IMG/VR virus record: IMGVR_UViG_3300037042_006844
Location: 122,556 to 186,555 of that record
Length of the DNA stretch: 64,000 nt
Origin: a virus
Direction: 5' to 3' (one strand)
The notes under the pieces were generated by a model that worked only from the letters and a program-made list of their open reading frames with translations, did no database searches and was not told the origin of the DNA. Shown piece by piece: positions 18,811-27,870 of this stretch; position 1 is the stretch's first letter, and each line of letters opens with the position of its first letter. The translations under genes were made by a program, and so were the position numbers.

Positions 18811-19094
18811 GAATTGACGTTCTACCAATCACGATGGTCAAAGTAACATGTCTGGATGCTGACTGTCCATACACAAAAAAATGTGCAAACCATGTATCTG
18901 CCGATTTTGGGCGCAATCAATGTGGATTTAGTCCACAGTTGTCGAAGCTTAAATGCGGCGGGGTTTTTTGTGATACCAAACGGAAAAAAGTGCAACGCAC
19001 CGATGCTTTTGAGGGATTGCCAGAAAACTACGTCAGACTCGATCATGGTGCTGTGCTATGGCACGCCCTAAGAAATTTAGTTATGGATTATTGA
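18807..19094 (+). CDS. hypothetical Cys-rich protein
   Basis: 95-aa ORF with ATGA overlap onto the previous gene. Confidence 0.4.
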   Translation: MRIDVLPITMVKVTCLDADCPYTKKCANHVSADFGRNQCGFSPQLSKLKCGGVFCDTKRKKVQRTDAFEGLPENYVRLDHGAVLWHALRNLVMDY

Positions 19095-19132
19095 TCTTTA
19101 TCCCAGCGTAGAGTTGCCAATTAAGATTCGTA

Positions 19133-19540
19133 TTGATGGGCATGATGATGGAGCACTTGAAGCGCAAATTGGTGCGGATGAGATTGATGAATTTGTTGAA
19201 AGAATTTCGACATTTTGTGGGGGAGTTCATACACCATTGCTTAGGGATCATTTTGAATTCAAACGCACAGATTAACTTGACACGGGATAAAAAAAGTGAT
19301 ATAGGATATAGTATTTATATGAATTTAATAAGTTTAGTGAAAACAGAAAACATTGAAGATTTGCCAAACGCACTTAGAGCATTGGCAAACATCGCTGAAA
19401 CCGATATTAAAAGAATGGGGAGTTCTGCCAATTCGATTGGTATTTTTGGGGAGATAGATGGCGTTGTGGGCGATTTTGATTATGAGGTAAATTGCTCTCA
19501 TTTAAGTGGACTTTCAGACTATATTGAAAAAAATAATTAA
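19133..19540 (+). CDS. hypothetical protein
   Basis: 135-aa ORF. Confidence 0.4.
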   Translation: MMGMMMEHLKRKLVRMRLMNLLKEFRHFVGEFIHHCLGIILNSNAQINLTRDKKSDIGYSIYMNLISLVKTENIEDLPNALRALANIAETDIKRMGSSANSIGIFGEIDGVVGDFDYEVNCSHLSGLSDYIEKNN

Positions 19541-19541
19541 T

Positions 19542-19988
19542 ATGGAACAACTATTAGCACATATATTCGGGGACTACATCTTTCAGTCAGATTATCAGGC
19601 ATTAAACAAAAGCAAGAGGTCGTTTCCATGTTTTCTGCATGTATTGATCTATACAAGTATGTTTTTGTTTCTCACCACCAGTTGGAAGGCATTGCTGGTA
19701 ATCGGTGGGGTGCATTTTGTATTGGATAGGTGGCACTTCATTATTCGTAGGTTAATTTGGTGTAAGAATCATCTTGGACCTGGACTATCGTATGTTCCAT
19801 TTGCCAAATGTAATGCGACTGGCTATTATGATAACCTTATGAATGAGGTCACAAATCATCCGTCAACAAATGAGGAGATCAATGGATACACTCCCCGCCT
19901 CAATTATATTACGATTTGGCTTTATATCATTACGGACAATGCCATCCATTTGTTGACAAATTATTTGGCACTCAAATATCTAGCGTAA
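19542..19988 (+). CDS. hypothetical membrane protein
   Basis: ATG 2 nt after the previous stop (track ORF 19506..19988). TM helices present. Confidence 0.45.
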   Translation: MEQLLAHIFGDYIFQSDYQALNKSKRSFPCFLHVLIYTSMFLFLTTSWKALLVIGGVHFVLDRWHFIIRRLIWCKNHLGPGLSYVPFAKCNATGYYDNLMNEVTNHPSTNEEINGYTPRLNYITIWLYIITDNAIHLLTNYLALKYLA

Positions 19989-20004
19989 ATCCATATTTAT
20001 TGAT

Positions 20005-20346
20005 ATGAAACGCATTCTTTTTTCTATGGCTCTGGTTGCAACCGCATTGGTGGGGTGTGCCTCACATGAAACCACGGAGTCTCCCCAGCCCCCATCTACT
20101 GTGATTTACTATTATGATCCAATGCCCCCTTCGATGTGGATATACGAGTCACGTTTTTATCGCCACACACCCAGACCGGGTGTTGTTGTAGCAAGACCTC
20201 CGCATCGTGAGCCGCCACATGGGCATGATGATCACAGAGTTGCACCAACACCACCAATACCACCACCCGTCAAGGCACCTCCAGTGCATAACAACAACAA
20301 AATGCAGCCCCAGCCCGCAAATCGCATACATAATAGCGAGCGTTGA
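20005..20346 (+). CDS. Pro-rich lipoprotein
   Basis: Lipobox …ATALVGCASHE. Pro/His-rich C-terminus. Confidence 0.5.
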   Translation: MKRILFSMALVATALVGCASHETTESPQPPSTVIYYYDPMPPSMWIYESRFYRHTPRPGVVVARPPHREPPHGHDDHRVAPTPPIPPPVKAPPVHNNNKMQPQPANRIHNSER

Positions 20347-20371
20347 CAAATTGAGGTGGTTGTGTTAAGAT
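20343..20371 (+). promoter_or_regulatory. sigma70-like promoter (TTGACA-N17-TAAGAT) upstream of the structured leader of the coaD-coaE gene
   Basis: Read directly from the sequence. Confidence 0.45.
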
Positions 20372-20377
20372 AGTTAA

Positions 20378-20433
20378 ATGGTCGGAATTCCTCCTCTTGG
20401 CTAAAGCCGAAGAGGTTTCCTTCCTCCAAAAAT
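20378..20433 (+). repeat. conserved 5' leader element, copy 1, with a TAAA-loop hairpin
   Basis: AATGGTCGGAATTCCTCC-CTCTTGGC-TAAA-GCCGAAGAGG-TTTCCTTCCTCCAAAAATATG. About 85% identical to 41614..41661, with compensatory changes in the stem. Confidence 0.6.
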
Positions 20434-21567
20434 ATGAAAACCTGCATTTACCCCGGAAGTTTTGACCCAGTTACATTCGGACATGTTGATATTATCAACC
20501 GTGCAGCCAGCACGTTTGACAAAGTTATTGTTGCGGTTGGGATCAACAGCAGCAAAAAATATACATTCAAAACTGAACAACGCATACAGTTTCTTAAAAA
20601 CAATATCAAGCAGAGTAATGTATGTGTAATGCCATTCGATGGATTGCTGGCGGATTTTGCATACGAAAACAATGCCAAGACCATTATCAAAGGTGTTCGC
20701 AACAACCAAGATTTTGATTATGAAAGATTGTTGCACGAAATCACCATCACACAGCAAGCTGGAATTGACACACATATTCTGGTGGCAGATCAAAAGTTGA
20801 GCCACATCAGCAGCACTGCCGTAAAAGAACTGTGCAAATTTCAAGGGTTAATTCATGAATATGTTCCCTATGATGTCAAGGAAGCATTGGAGTGGGTGCT
20901 GAATGGGCAATTTATTGTGGGAGTCACTGGAGAAATTGGCATGGGCAAAAGCTATGTCAGTTCAAAGATCGTCGAAAAAACGGATGGCTGGCTTGGATAT
21001 GTGCATCCAGTGACAAATGTGGATTTGGATAAAGTGGCGCACGAATTGTATGAATCGGATGCTCCAGCCCATTTGGAATTGCGAGAAAATATCATTGAAC
21101 GGTTTCAAATGAAAAGTGGCTTCAGCCGAAAAGAGTTGGGCGATGTTGTGTTCAATGACATCAATAAACTACAACAACTCAATACTTTGATTCGCACACC
21201 ACTACTCACATTGCTGCGCAAGAAAATCAGAGAGCACAAGGGTTTGATTTTGTTGAATGGAGCATTGCTGGTTGAAGGCAACTACTTGTCGCTTTGCAAC
21301 AACAATGTGGTGGTAGTAGAATCAACAGAGCAGCAACAATTGGAAAATCTGGAACGTCGTGGGTTGACCGAAAAACAAGTTGAACGTCGATGGGCAAGTC
21401 AACTGACCACAGATGGAAAAATCAGACAGATCAACAGAGAAATTGAAAAGCATGGTCATGGCAAGTGCATCAAATACCAAAATGTTTACGTTGATCCATA
21501 TCAGGACCATATGAACACGTTTTTGATCAATCCATTGTATAACATGATGAGCAATCTTGAGAAATAA
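20434..21567 (+). CDS. coaD: bifunctional phosphopantetheine adenylyltransferase (CoaD) and dephospho-CoA kinase (CoaE) fusion
   Basis: N-terminal domain aligns with E. coli PPAT throughout (IYPGSFDPVTFGHVDI, SKK…F…EQR, KGVRNNQDFDYE, ISSTAVKE). C-terminal domain has a P-loop (IVGVTGEIGMGKSYV) and dephospho-CoA kinase-like layout. Confidence 0.75.
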   Translation: MKTCIYPGSFDPVTFGHVDIINRAASTFDKVIVAVGINSSKKYTFKTEQRIQFLKNNIKQSNVCVMPFDGLLADFAYENNAKTIIKGVRNNQDFDYERLLHEITITQQAGIDTHILVADQKLSHISSTAVKELCKFQGLIHEYVPYDVKEALEWVLNGQFIVGVTGEIGMGKSYVSSKIVEKTDGWLGYVHPVTNVDLDKVAHELYESDAPAHLELRENIIERFQMKSGFSRKELGDVVFNDINKLQQLNTLIRTPLLTLLRKKIREHKGLILLNGALLVEGNYLSLCNNNVVVVESTEQQQLENLERRGLTEKQVERRWASQLTTDGKIRQINREIEKHGHGKCIKYQNVYVDPYQDHMNTFLINPLYNMMSNLEK

Positions 21568-21799
21568 TAATTATAGTAATATGAGACCAGCACAAGCATA
21601 TAAAGTAAACCGAAATTTAGGTATCCATGATTCATACGCTCCCCACCCGCTTGCAAAAGATACGATTCTGTTTGAATGCACACGACATACTTATGGTTGC
21701 ATTGGACATGGAGGTATTGCGGTCACGTTCGACTCAGATGGAGACTATCCTTTTTTTGAAATAAATGAGGAGGATGTTGACCCTGTTGACAAAGTATAA
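21557..21799 (+). CDS. hypothetical protein
   Basis: 80-aa ORF. Confidence 0.3.
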   Translation: MRNNNYSNMRPAQAYKVNRNLGIHDSYAPHPLAKDTILFECTRHTYGCIGHGGIAVTFDSDGDYPFFEINEEDVDPVDKV

Positions 21800-21838
21800 A
21801 AACGTGCTAAGATATAAACAGTAAATAATACAAACAAT

Positions 21839-22378
21839 ATGATTCTTAAAACTAAATGCACTTGGTCTGATTGCGGACAAAATATTGAATTCGATGAGAG
21901 CCAGATAAACACAGAATGCTTGTGTCCATCTTGCAATCGTGAAATTAAATTGGCGGTCAATAATAGCAGCACTCCAATGGGCATACCAATTGCGGTTAGA
22001 TTGCATAGCAATAATAACAACGTTTCTATTGCTTGCAACTATACAAACGGTGATGCTCTTCAAAATTTAAGAGGCAATACGCACTACAAAACCACACGAA
22101 TATTTATTGAAATCATCCGATATTTCTTCTATGTCAATGCTGCGTTTCTTGTTATTGGCTATTTAGCATCGTTTATTGCCTCAAGTGGAGACGTATCTCC
22201 TAATACAGCATTAACGATCATAAATTTTGTCAACTCTGGAGCGTTTCAATTCTTTATTGTTGCGTGGGGTGTGTTGATCTGTTTGTTTCTCGGTTCTCTG
22301 TGGAAGGAAACAGCATCTTTGTTGGTGGATATTGCCGACGTTCAAATGTCAGTTTACAAGAATAATCGTAGGGATTGA
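21839..22378 (+). CDS. membrane protein with an N-terminal zinc ribbon
   Basis: CTWSDCGQ…CLCPSCNRE, followed by several TM helices. Confidence 0.5.
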   Translation: MILKTKCTWSDCGQNIEFDESQINTECLCPSCNREIKLAVNNSSTPMGIPIAVRLHSNNNNVSIACNYTNGDALQNLRGNTHYKTTRIFIEIIRYFFYVNAAFLVIGYLASFIASSGDVSPNTALTIINFVNSGAFQFFIVAWGVLICLFLGSLWKETASLLVDIADVQMSVYKNNRRD

Positions 22379-22423
22379 CATTTCATAGTTCCATGCCATA
22401 ATTATATTCAAGGTCAACAACCC

Positions 22424-22795
22424 CTAGGCTAAAGCCATAGGGGCTTGAAAGACACCGAGCTTTCTCAGTGATTTACATTCATTTGGCGAATTGACTGTCG
22501 CCTGCCCATCAAGTATGTTTCCATACGAGACGGGAAGTTTGGAACGATTTCCTATGTTCCGTGCAGCATTTAAGTCTGCATCATACACAATCCCACTCTT
22601 CGCATAAAACCTACAACCTCTACGCACACCCTCTTTGATACCACTAAAACTATCAATTTGAGAAGTGTAAGCAGGGCTAACTAGAATAACATTTTTTCCA
22701 ATGTTTTCTGCCTTGTAAGTTAATATTCTGCGAAGTTCAAATAATGGAACTTGTGCTATATGAGCAGTAAATGGATTTCGCCTCCTGCAATTCAC
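22424..22795 (-). pseudogene. tnpB: truncated TnpB (C-terminal RuvC region only), same lineage as 24855..26051
   Basis: …VRRGCRFYAKSGIVYDADLNAARNIG parallels …VRKGCRYYGLDKVVLDADLNAANNI in the full-length copy. The N-terminal roughly 270 aa are absent. A TAAA-loop hairpin overlaps its 3' end (22421-22443). Confidence 0.55.
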
Positions 22796-23116
22796 AAATC
22801 CAAAACATCCAGTTGGAAATATACAAGTTCTATCGAGCAGAGAGACTCCTATTTGGAAAATAACGAGCAGGATTTGCTATTGCACAGCAAATTGAACGAT
22901 CTGGGTTATTATACAAAAGACCAGCTTCCTACGAAAAACTTGGGTAACAGTGAAAATAAAAAATGAAAGTGCGTAGATCAGCTTGACTTCCAACCATTTC
23001 TCCGCTAAAGTTATTTACAGACAACATTGGATATAGGTTTCAGTGTTACGTCTAAAAAACAAAACAAAAGTATTCGGTTATAATTATCGGATATAAAAAA
23101 AGAAAGGTCAGTAGTA

Positions 23117-24727
23117 ATGAAAAAACTAGTAAAATGCCCGCCCCTGCCGAGAATGGCGAAATCGCTGCAAAATACAGATCATGATCCATACACAGCAACC
23201 GCCGATATTATTGATAACAGCATCGATGCTGATGCTACAACAATAAAACTGGATGTTTGCGTGGAAAATAAAGAATTTGTTGTTAGAATTATCGACGATG
23301 GATTTGGTATGGATGTGGACGGCTTGCTTGCGGCAATGACTTATGGCGATCATCGATCTGGAGATGGTGGTCATGGCAAGTTTGGTTTGGGGTTAAAAAC
23401 TTCCGCAACCAGTATAGGTAATCGATTTGAAGTCCACACAAGAGACGAAGACGGCAAAATTCTTCGAGGTAGTTTTGATGTGGACGAGCTTATCGCCGAA
23501 GAGGACCCTGACCATCAGTGGGAACATGAAATTAGCGATGAAATTGGCGACGAAGACGTTTTGTGGTTCAATGAATGTGTGGGGACTGGAACTGGAACAA
23601 TAGTCACTATAACAAAAATCGACCGAACTAATGCGTCTCAATTTGCAACGCGTATGAAACAGCATTTGGGACAAGTTTACCGTAACTATTTGGCACCTTC
23701 AAAAGATGCAACTATTCCGGGTAAAATCAAAATGTATGTCAATAATGCTCTGATTTATGCAGTAGACCCGCTGCTTCGGCATATACCATCCACAAAACCG
23801 TATGAAATTCCAATTGAGCTTGCTCCTGGAGAAGTGGTTCACGCAACTATAGTCAAACTTGGTAAACTTGAAGCTGAATCAGATAAAGTCGTCGATGAAA
23901 ATGATGATGACTACCAAAATAATCTCAACACAAATATTCGGAATCAAGGTGTATATGTCATGAGAAATGATCGGGAGATCATGTCGGCTGATAAAAAGGT
24001 GTTTGCGTTTACTTGGCCTGGAAAAGGACACAACAGTATGAATTATATTCGAGTGGAATTAGCATATAGTTCAGAACTGGATAAACATTTTCAGCTAAAC
24101 CATAATAAAACCGCTATTCAAATCCCAAGTCAGAGTATCCGAGATAAAATCAAAAGTGCTTTAGTTAATCCGATTAAAGAAATTAAAAGGCAGATAGACG
24201 AAGAAAAAGCCGCCGTTCCAGATGGTAAAATGCAGGAAATATTTGATGCCATCAATGCTACCCTAATTGAAAAACGGAGAACTCTTATTCTTCCAAAAGG
24301 AAAGAGCGAGACCCGTCAGCCGAGCGGCGGAACCAACAATTCTGGGTCTATACAACCGAAAAACAGTGGCAGGAAAAGAGGCGTGGGGAGCAATCCCAAT
24401 TTGAATCGAAAAGAAATTGTTCCAACTATCGGTGTTGTTTCCAACGGAAAGGGCGGCGCAATATTCGAATACGGACTCAATCTTGATGACGGCAAGCCCG
24501 ATCAAATGTATGTTAATTGGAACACAGATCATCCATTTTATCAAAAATTTGTGATTAACCACGCCCCCGATCAACTGATTGCGACGACATATTTGATAAT
24601 TGGATTAGCAGCCGCATTTCAAATGGAACAGGGCAATTGTTGTTCTGATGAAAACGACAAATTGGTCGATAATTTGATGGAGAGAATTTCTACCGCCATA
24701 TCTCAAAATATGAGAACATTATCCTAA
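23117..24727 (+). CDS. GHKL-superfamily ATPase (HATPase_c_3/MORC-like), 536 aa
   Basis: N-box ADIIDNSIDADAT, G1 box IIDDGFGMD and G2 box GKFGLGLKTSA at the N-terminus. Flanked by a TnpB fragment and a TnpB gene. Confidence 0.65.
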   Translation: MKKLVKCPPLPRMAKSLQNTDHDPYTATADIIDNSIDADATTIKLDVCVENKEFVVRIIDDGFGMDVDGLLAAMTYGDHRSGDGGHGKFGLGLKTSATSIGNRFEVHTRDEDGKILRGSFDVDELIAEEDPDHQWEHEISDEIGDEDVLWFNECVGTGTGTIVTITKIDRTNASQFATRMKQHLGQVYRNYLAPSKDATIPGKIKMYVNNALIYAVDPLLRHIPSTKPYEIPIELAPGEVVHATIVKLGKLEAESDKVVDENDDDYQNNLNTNIRNQGVYVMRNDREIMSADKKVFAFTWPGKGHNSMNYIRVELAYSSELDKHFQLNHNKTAIQIPSQSIRDKIKSALVNPIKEIKRQIDEEKAAVPDGKMQEIFDAINATLIEKRRTLILPKGKSETRQPSGGTNNSGSIQPKNSGRKRGVGSNPNLNRKEIVPTIGVVSNGKGGAIFEYGLNLDDGKPDQMYVNWNTDHPFYQKFVINHAPDQLIATTYLIIGLAAAFQMEQGNCCSDENDKLVDNLMERISTAISQNMRTLS

Positions 24728-24748
24728 ACAATTAGACTATAGAACACA

Positions 24749-24782
24749 AAGCCCAGAGGAAACATCTTCTGGGCTTTTTTAT
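24749..24782 (+). terminator. rho-independent terminator
   Basis: AAAGCCCAGA…TCTGGGCTTT followed by TTTTATG. Confidence 0.55.
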
Positions 24783-24819
24783 GCCCATGTGTCGGCACGC
24801 TGAAAATTCGTCAGAGCAG

Positions 24820-24847
24820 TTGACATTTTATAGAACCGTGGTAAGAT
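24820..24847 (+). promoter_or_regulatory. sigma70-like promoter (TTGACA-N16-TAAGAT) reading antisense into the tnpB 3' end and hairpin
   Basis: Read from the sequence. Its function is uncertain. Confidence 0.35.
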
Positions 24848-24854
24848 ATAAGTG

Positions 24855-26051
24855 TCAATTGACACACGACCCTAAAGGGTCGGTGCTTGCCAGAGAAGAA
24901 CCTCTGACGATTGGTTGATTGACAGCAACCTGTCCATCGAGTGCGGAGCACGAGATGGAGTGTTCTTTGTCATATCTAAAAGTGATATTGTTCGCAGCAT
25001 TTAGGTCTGCGTCCAATACGACTTTATCAAGTCCATAATACCTACATCCTTTACGGACTCCGTTATCAAGACCACGATGGTCTAATTGGGATGTCCAGTG
25101 CGGATTAACGATGACCACTTGTTTTCCAAGTGATGCTGCCTTGTAGGTCAATATGTTCCTGAGAAGGAAATATGGCATTTGTGAATTGCGATTATTAAAT
25201 CTTCGTCCTTTGAACTTGGATTTAATCTTGGTCAAATCCTCAATCACAATGGTATTTGCCTTTGTGGTGAGAAGATGATTTACAACATTGTGTATGTAGT
25301 TCTTTGAAAAATGGTGTTCACGTCTGCGGAGTTTGGTTTGCTTAACTCTGGTAGAATGTGATTTGTGAGATTGGAGTTTTCTCTTGTTCCAACGTATCTT
25401 ACGTTTGGTTCGGTTAAACTCATTGCCTTTGATGATAATGCCTTCACTGGTAGAAGCAAGTCGTTTGAGTCCCAAATCAACTCCAATACATTTTTTGTTG
25501 TCTTGGAATGTTGTGGTATCGTCAAATACAATAGAGAGGAACACTCTATCGTCTCTTACAAAAAGAGAAGGGTCTTTGAGTTTGTATTTTGAAAATAATT
25601 CGTTGACCTTATTATACTTGAGAAGTTTGGCAGTGATACGACCATTACAAGTTGTCAGTTTAATGGCGTCTTGACCAATCCAAGTATAGATGCGAGTGTC
25701 CAGTTGGATGTTTAGTCGGTTTGTCTCAACTGGTTCTGTGATTTTATGGCAATTGGAACGAAGAGATTTGTATTTTGCAACCACGTCTTGTTCTGCCTTA
25801 ATGACAAACTGACTTGGAAGCATTGGAAGTTGTTCTCGAACCATCTTATAACATCTTTGGTGAAGAGGCATAAGACCATTACAGGACTTCATTCCAAATC
25901 GGATTTTAGATATGATATTGAAAGCATCACGTTTCAACGATAGTGATTTGATGAGAGATTGTTTATCCTCATCATTTTCAAAAATCAGTTGAACATTGTA
26001 TGTTTTCATTATTACTGGATATACATATTGTGAAGAAACAGAAAACAACAA
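24855..26051 (-). CDS. tnpB: TnpB-like RNA-guided nuclease (compact lineage without a canonical CxxC zinc ribbon)
   Basis: RuvC-like motifs (IGVDLGLKRL, …IVIEDL…, DADLNAANNI). The likely start is the internal Met of MKTYNVQLIF. Confidence 0.75.
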   Translation of the reverse strand: MLFSVSSQYVYPVIMKTYNVQLIFENDEDKQSLIKSLSLKRDAFNIISKIRFGMKSCNGLMPLHQRCYKMVREQLPMLPSQFVIKAEQDVVAKYKSLRSNCHKITEPVETNRLNIQLDTRIYTWIGQDAIKLTTCNGRITAKLLKYNKVNELFSKYKLKDPSLFVRDDRVFLSIVFDDTTTFQDNKKCIGVDLGLKRLASTSEGIIIKGNEFNRTKRKIRWNKRKLQSHKSHSTRVKQTKLRRREHHFSKNYIHNVVNHLLTTKANTIVIEDLTKIKSKFKGRRFNNRNSQMPYFLLRNILTYKAASLGKQVVIVNPHWTSQLDHRGLDNGVRKGCRYYGLDKVVLDADLNAANNITFRYDKEHSISCSALDGQVAVNQPIVRGSSLASTDPLGSCVN

Positions 26052-26130
26052 ACTATTTTGAGAAAGTGAGATATTTTCGTTGCTCCTCCCCTACCCTAAA
26101 GGGATAGGGGTTTCCGCAACGAGTGAGAAT

Positions 26131-27237
26131 ATGAAGATAGACATTTCAGCAATTGACCGCTCACAATTTATGGTGCATGAGCATGTTGTGAACGGCGAGG
26201 TCGTTTATTTGGTTCACCCAAAAAATATGGGAGTAAAATGGACTAATGACAATATACATTTGAGATCGAGTATATGGGACAGCGATGGCAATTTGGTGAG
26301 TGCCAGCTTCAAAAAATTCACCAACTGGGGAGAGAATCCTGAGAATTTTCCTGTTCCAGAGTCGTTGCGAAACGCATGTGTTGTGGAGAAGCTCGACGGA
26401 AGCACTTTAATTGTCAGTAAGTATAAGGGCAATTATATTCTTAGAACCCGTGGAACCACAGATGCTGCCAAACTGGACAATGGTTATGAGTTGGAGCAGT
26501 TTAAGCAGACCATTTTGCCTAAACTGTTGGATGTTCATTTGGTTGCTGGAGATACGTGGAAGTATTCATTCTTGTTTGAGTGGGTCAGTCCCGTAAACAA
26601 AATTGTATTAAACTACGGAGATTCTCCAGACTGGTTTTTGATCGGTATCATTTATCATGGGGACTATTCTTTGATTGATCAACTTACGTTGGACAATTTA
26701 GCTTGGCAACATGGTTTGAAACGCCCAACTGTTTACAGCTTTCCAACCATTGAGCAATTATTGAAGGATGTTGATGCTTGGAAGCTCAAGGAGGGCGTGG
26801 TCGTTTACAGCAATCGTGATCAAATGCTGCACAAAGTCAAGGGGGCGTGGTATCTTGCATTGCACCACATGAAGAGCGAGTTGGCGAGTGTTGAGAAAGT
26901 GATGGATGTTTGGTTGGATCAAAACATGCCTACATACAATGCTTTTTATGATTACATTGCGACCACGTTCGATTTTGAGTTGGCAGAGCAGTGCCGTGGA
27001 ACCATCAGCAATCTTTGTGATGCTCGTAAAGAGGTTGATAAGATTGTTGCTGCGATGGCAGATTTCGTGGAGTCGAAAGTGCGTTGTCTGCCGTCACGCA
27101 AAGAGCAAGCACAGCTTGTATTGGGTTCTTATGGTAACACCAACCGTTCGGCGTATGTGTTCGCACTACTCGACGGCAAGACGCTAACTAAAGATCAATA
27201 CAAGAAATTGATGTTCCAAGTAATAATGAAAAAGTGA
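26131..27237 (+). CDS. rnlA: RNA ligase 1 (T4 RnlA/gp63 family)
   Basis: Motif I VVEKLDGSTLIVSKYKGNYILRTRGT (T4: LTKEDGSLVS…KSKGS). Also FKKFTNWGENPE, FLFEWVSPVNKIVLNY and EGVVVYS…HKVKGAWYLALH, which match T4 Rnl1 blocks. ATG at 26131; the track's upstream start lies inside the IS hairpin. Confidence 0.75.
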   Translation: MKIDISAIDRSQFMVHEHVVNGEVVYLVHPKNMGVKWTNDNIHLRSSIWDSDGNLVSASFKKFTNWGENPENFPVPESLRNACVVEKLDGSTLIVSKYKGNYILRTRGTTDAAKLDNGYELEQFKQTILPKLLDVHLVAGDTWKYSFLFEWVSPVNKIVLNYGDSPDWFLIGIIYHGDYSLIDQLTLDNLAWQHGLKRPTVYSFPTIEQLLKDVDAWKLKEGVVVYSNRDQMLHKVKGAWYLALHHMKSELASVEKVMDVWLDQNMPTYNAFYDYIATTFDFELAEQCRGTISNLCDARKEVDKIVAAMADFVESKVRCLPSRKEQAQLVLGSYGNTNRSAYVFALLDGKTLTKDQYKKLMFQVIMKK

Positions 27238-27245
27238 ACACAAAA

Positions 27246-27280
27246 CAAAAGCCCCACCGAGAAATTGGTGGGGCTTTTTT
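27246..27280. terminator. bidirectional terminator
   Basis: AAAAGCCCCACC…GGTGGGGCTTTTTTG between convergent genes. Confidence 0.55.
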
Positions 27281-27300
27281 GTAGAATGTTATATTGATTG

Positions 27301-27828
27301 TTAATAACGCTGGCGAATGTCTTTGACAATGCGCCGCTCATAGGCACCCCCTTTGGTTTGAATCACGATTTCTTTGCCGTTCTTGCCATGATCCATGACT
27401 TGCACGACAGTTCCGCCTTGCAATGGATCGTTGTCTGCATCGCCAAAAACGATTCCTGGATTTTTGATTATAGGTTCGGCTTCTGAAATGCTGGTGACGT
27501 GTCTGGTAGAACGCGGACCAGCCGAGTTTTCTCCTTTCGTCACTGTGATTTCGAGATCGTTCGGACCCCCGGCACACTTGACGTTAACAAAAAATCCTAA
27601 CGGAGATACTGAAAATACCCAAGCTTCCGTTCGAGTTCCATCATGACCACCATCCAATTCTTGGTCATAATGTGCTCCTACTTTTTTATAACCATTTTTG
27701 CGCATTAATGCTTCGATTGCTTTTGCTGCTACGTTCGAAGGCTTGTTAGCATATTTTGGTTGGAGTGTTGGGTATTTGCTTTCAGCCAGCACTTCGCGGA
27801 TGAGATTTTTGAGAGTTGATATTGTCAT
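27301..27828 (-). CDS. hypothetical protein
   Basis: 175-aa ORF. Confidence 0.5.
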   Translation of the reverse strand: MTISTLKNLIREVLAESKYPTLQPKYANKPSNVAAKAIEALMRKNGYKKVGAHYDQELDGGHDGTRTEAWVFSVSPLGFFVNVKCAGGPNDLEITVTKGENSAGPRSTRHVTSISEAEPIIKNPGIVFGDADNDPLQGGTVVQVMDHGKNGKEIVIQTKGGAYERRIVKDIRQRY

Positions 27829-27870
27829 ATGATAATAAATATATAGAGTTCAAAAAAAAAACAAATTTTT

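Larger units (their letters stand above)
24780..26125 (-). mobile_element. IS200/IS605-family element carrying only tnpB (IS-1)
   Basis: Contains TnpB 24855..26051. TAAA-loop hairpins lie at the right end (CGACCC-TAAA-GGGTCG at 24867-82, within the tnpB 3' end) and at the left-end side (CCCCTACCC-TAAA-GGGATAGGGG at 26088-26110, nested inside CGTTGC/GCAACG). Boundaries are approximate. Confidence 0.45.
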
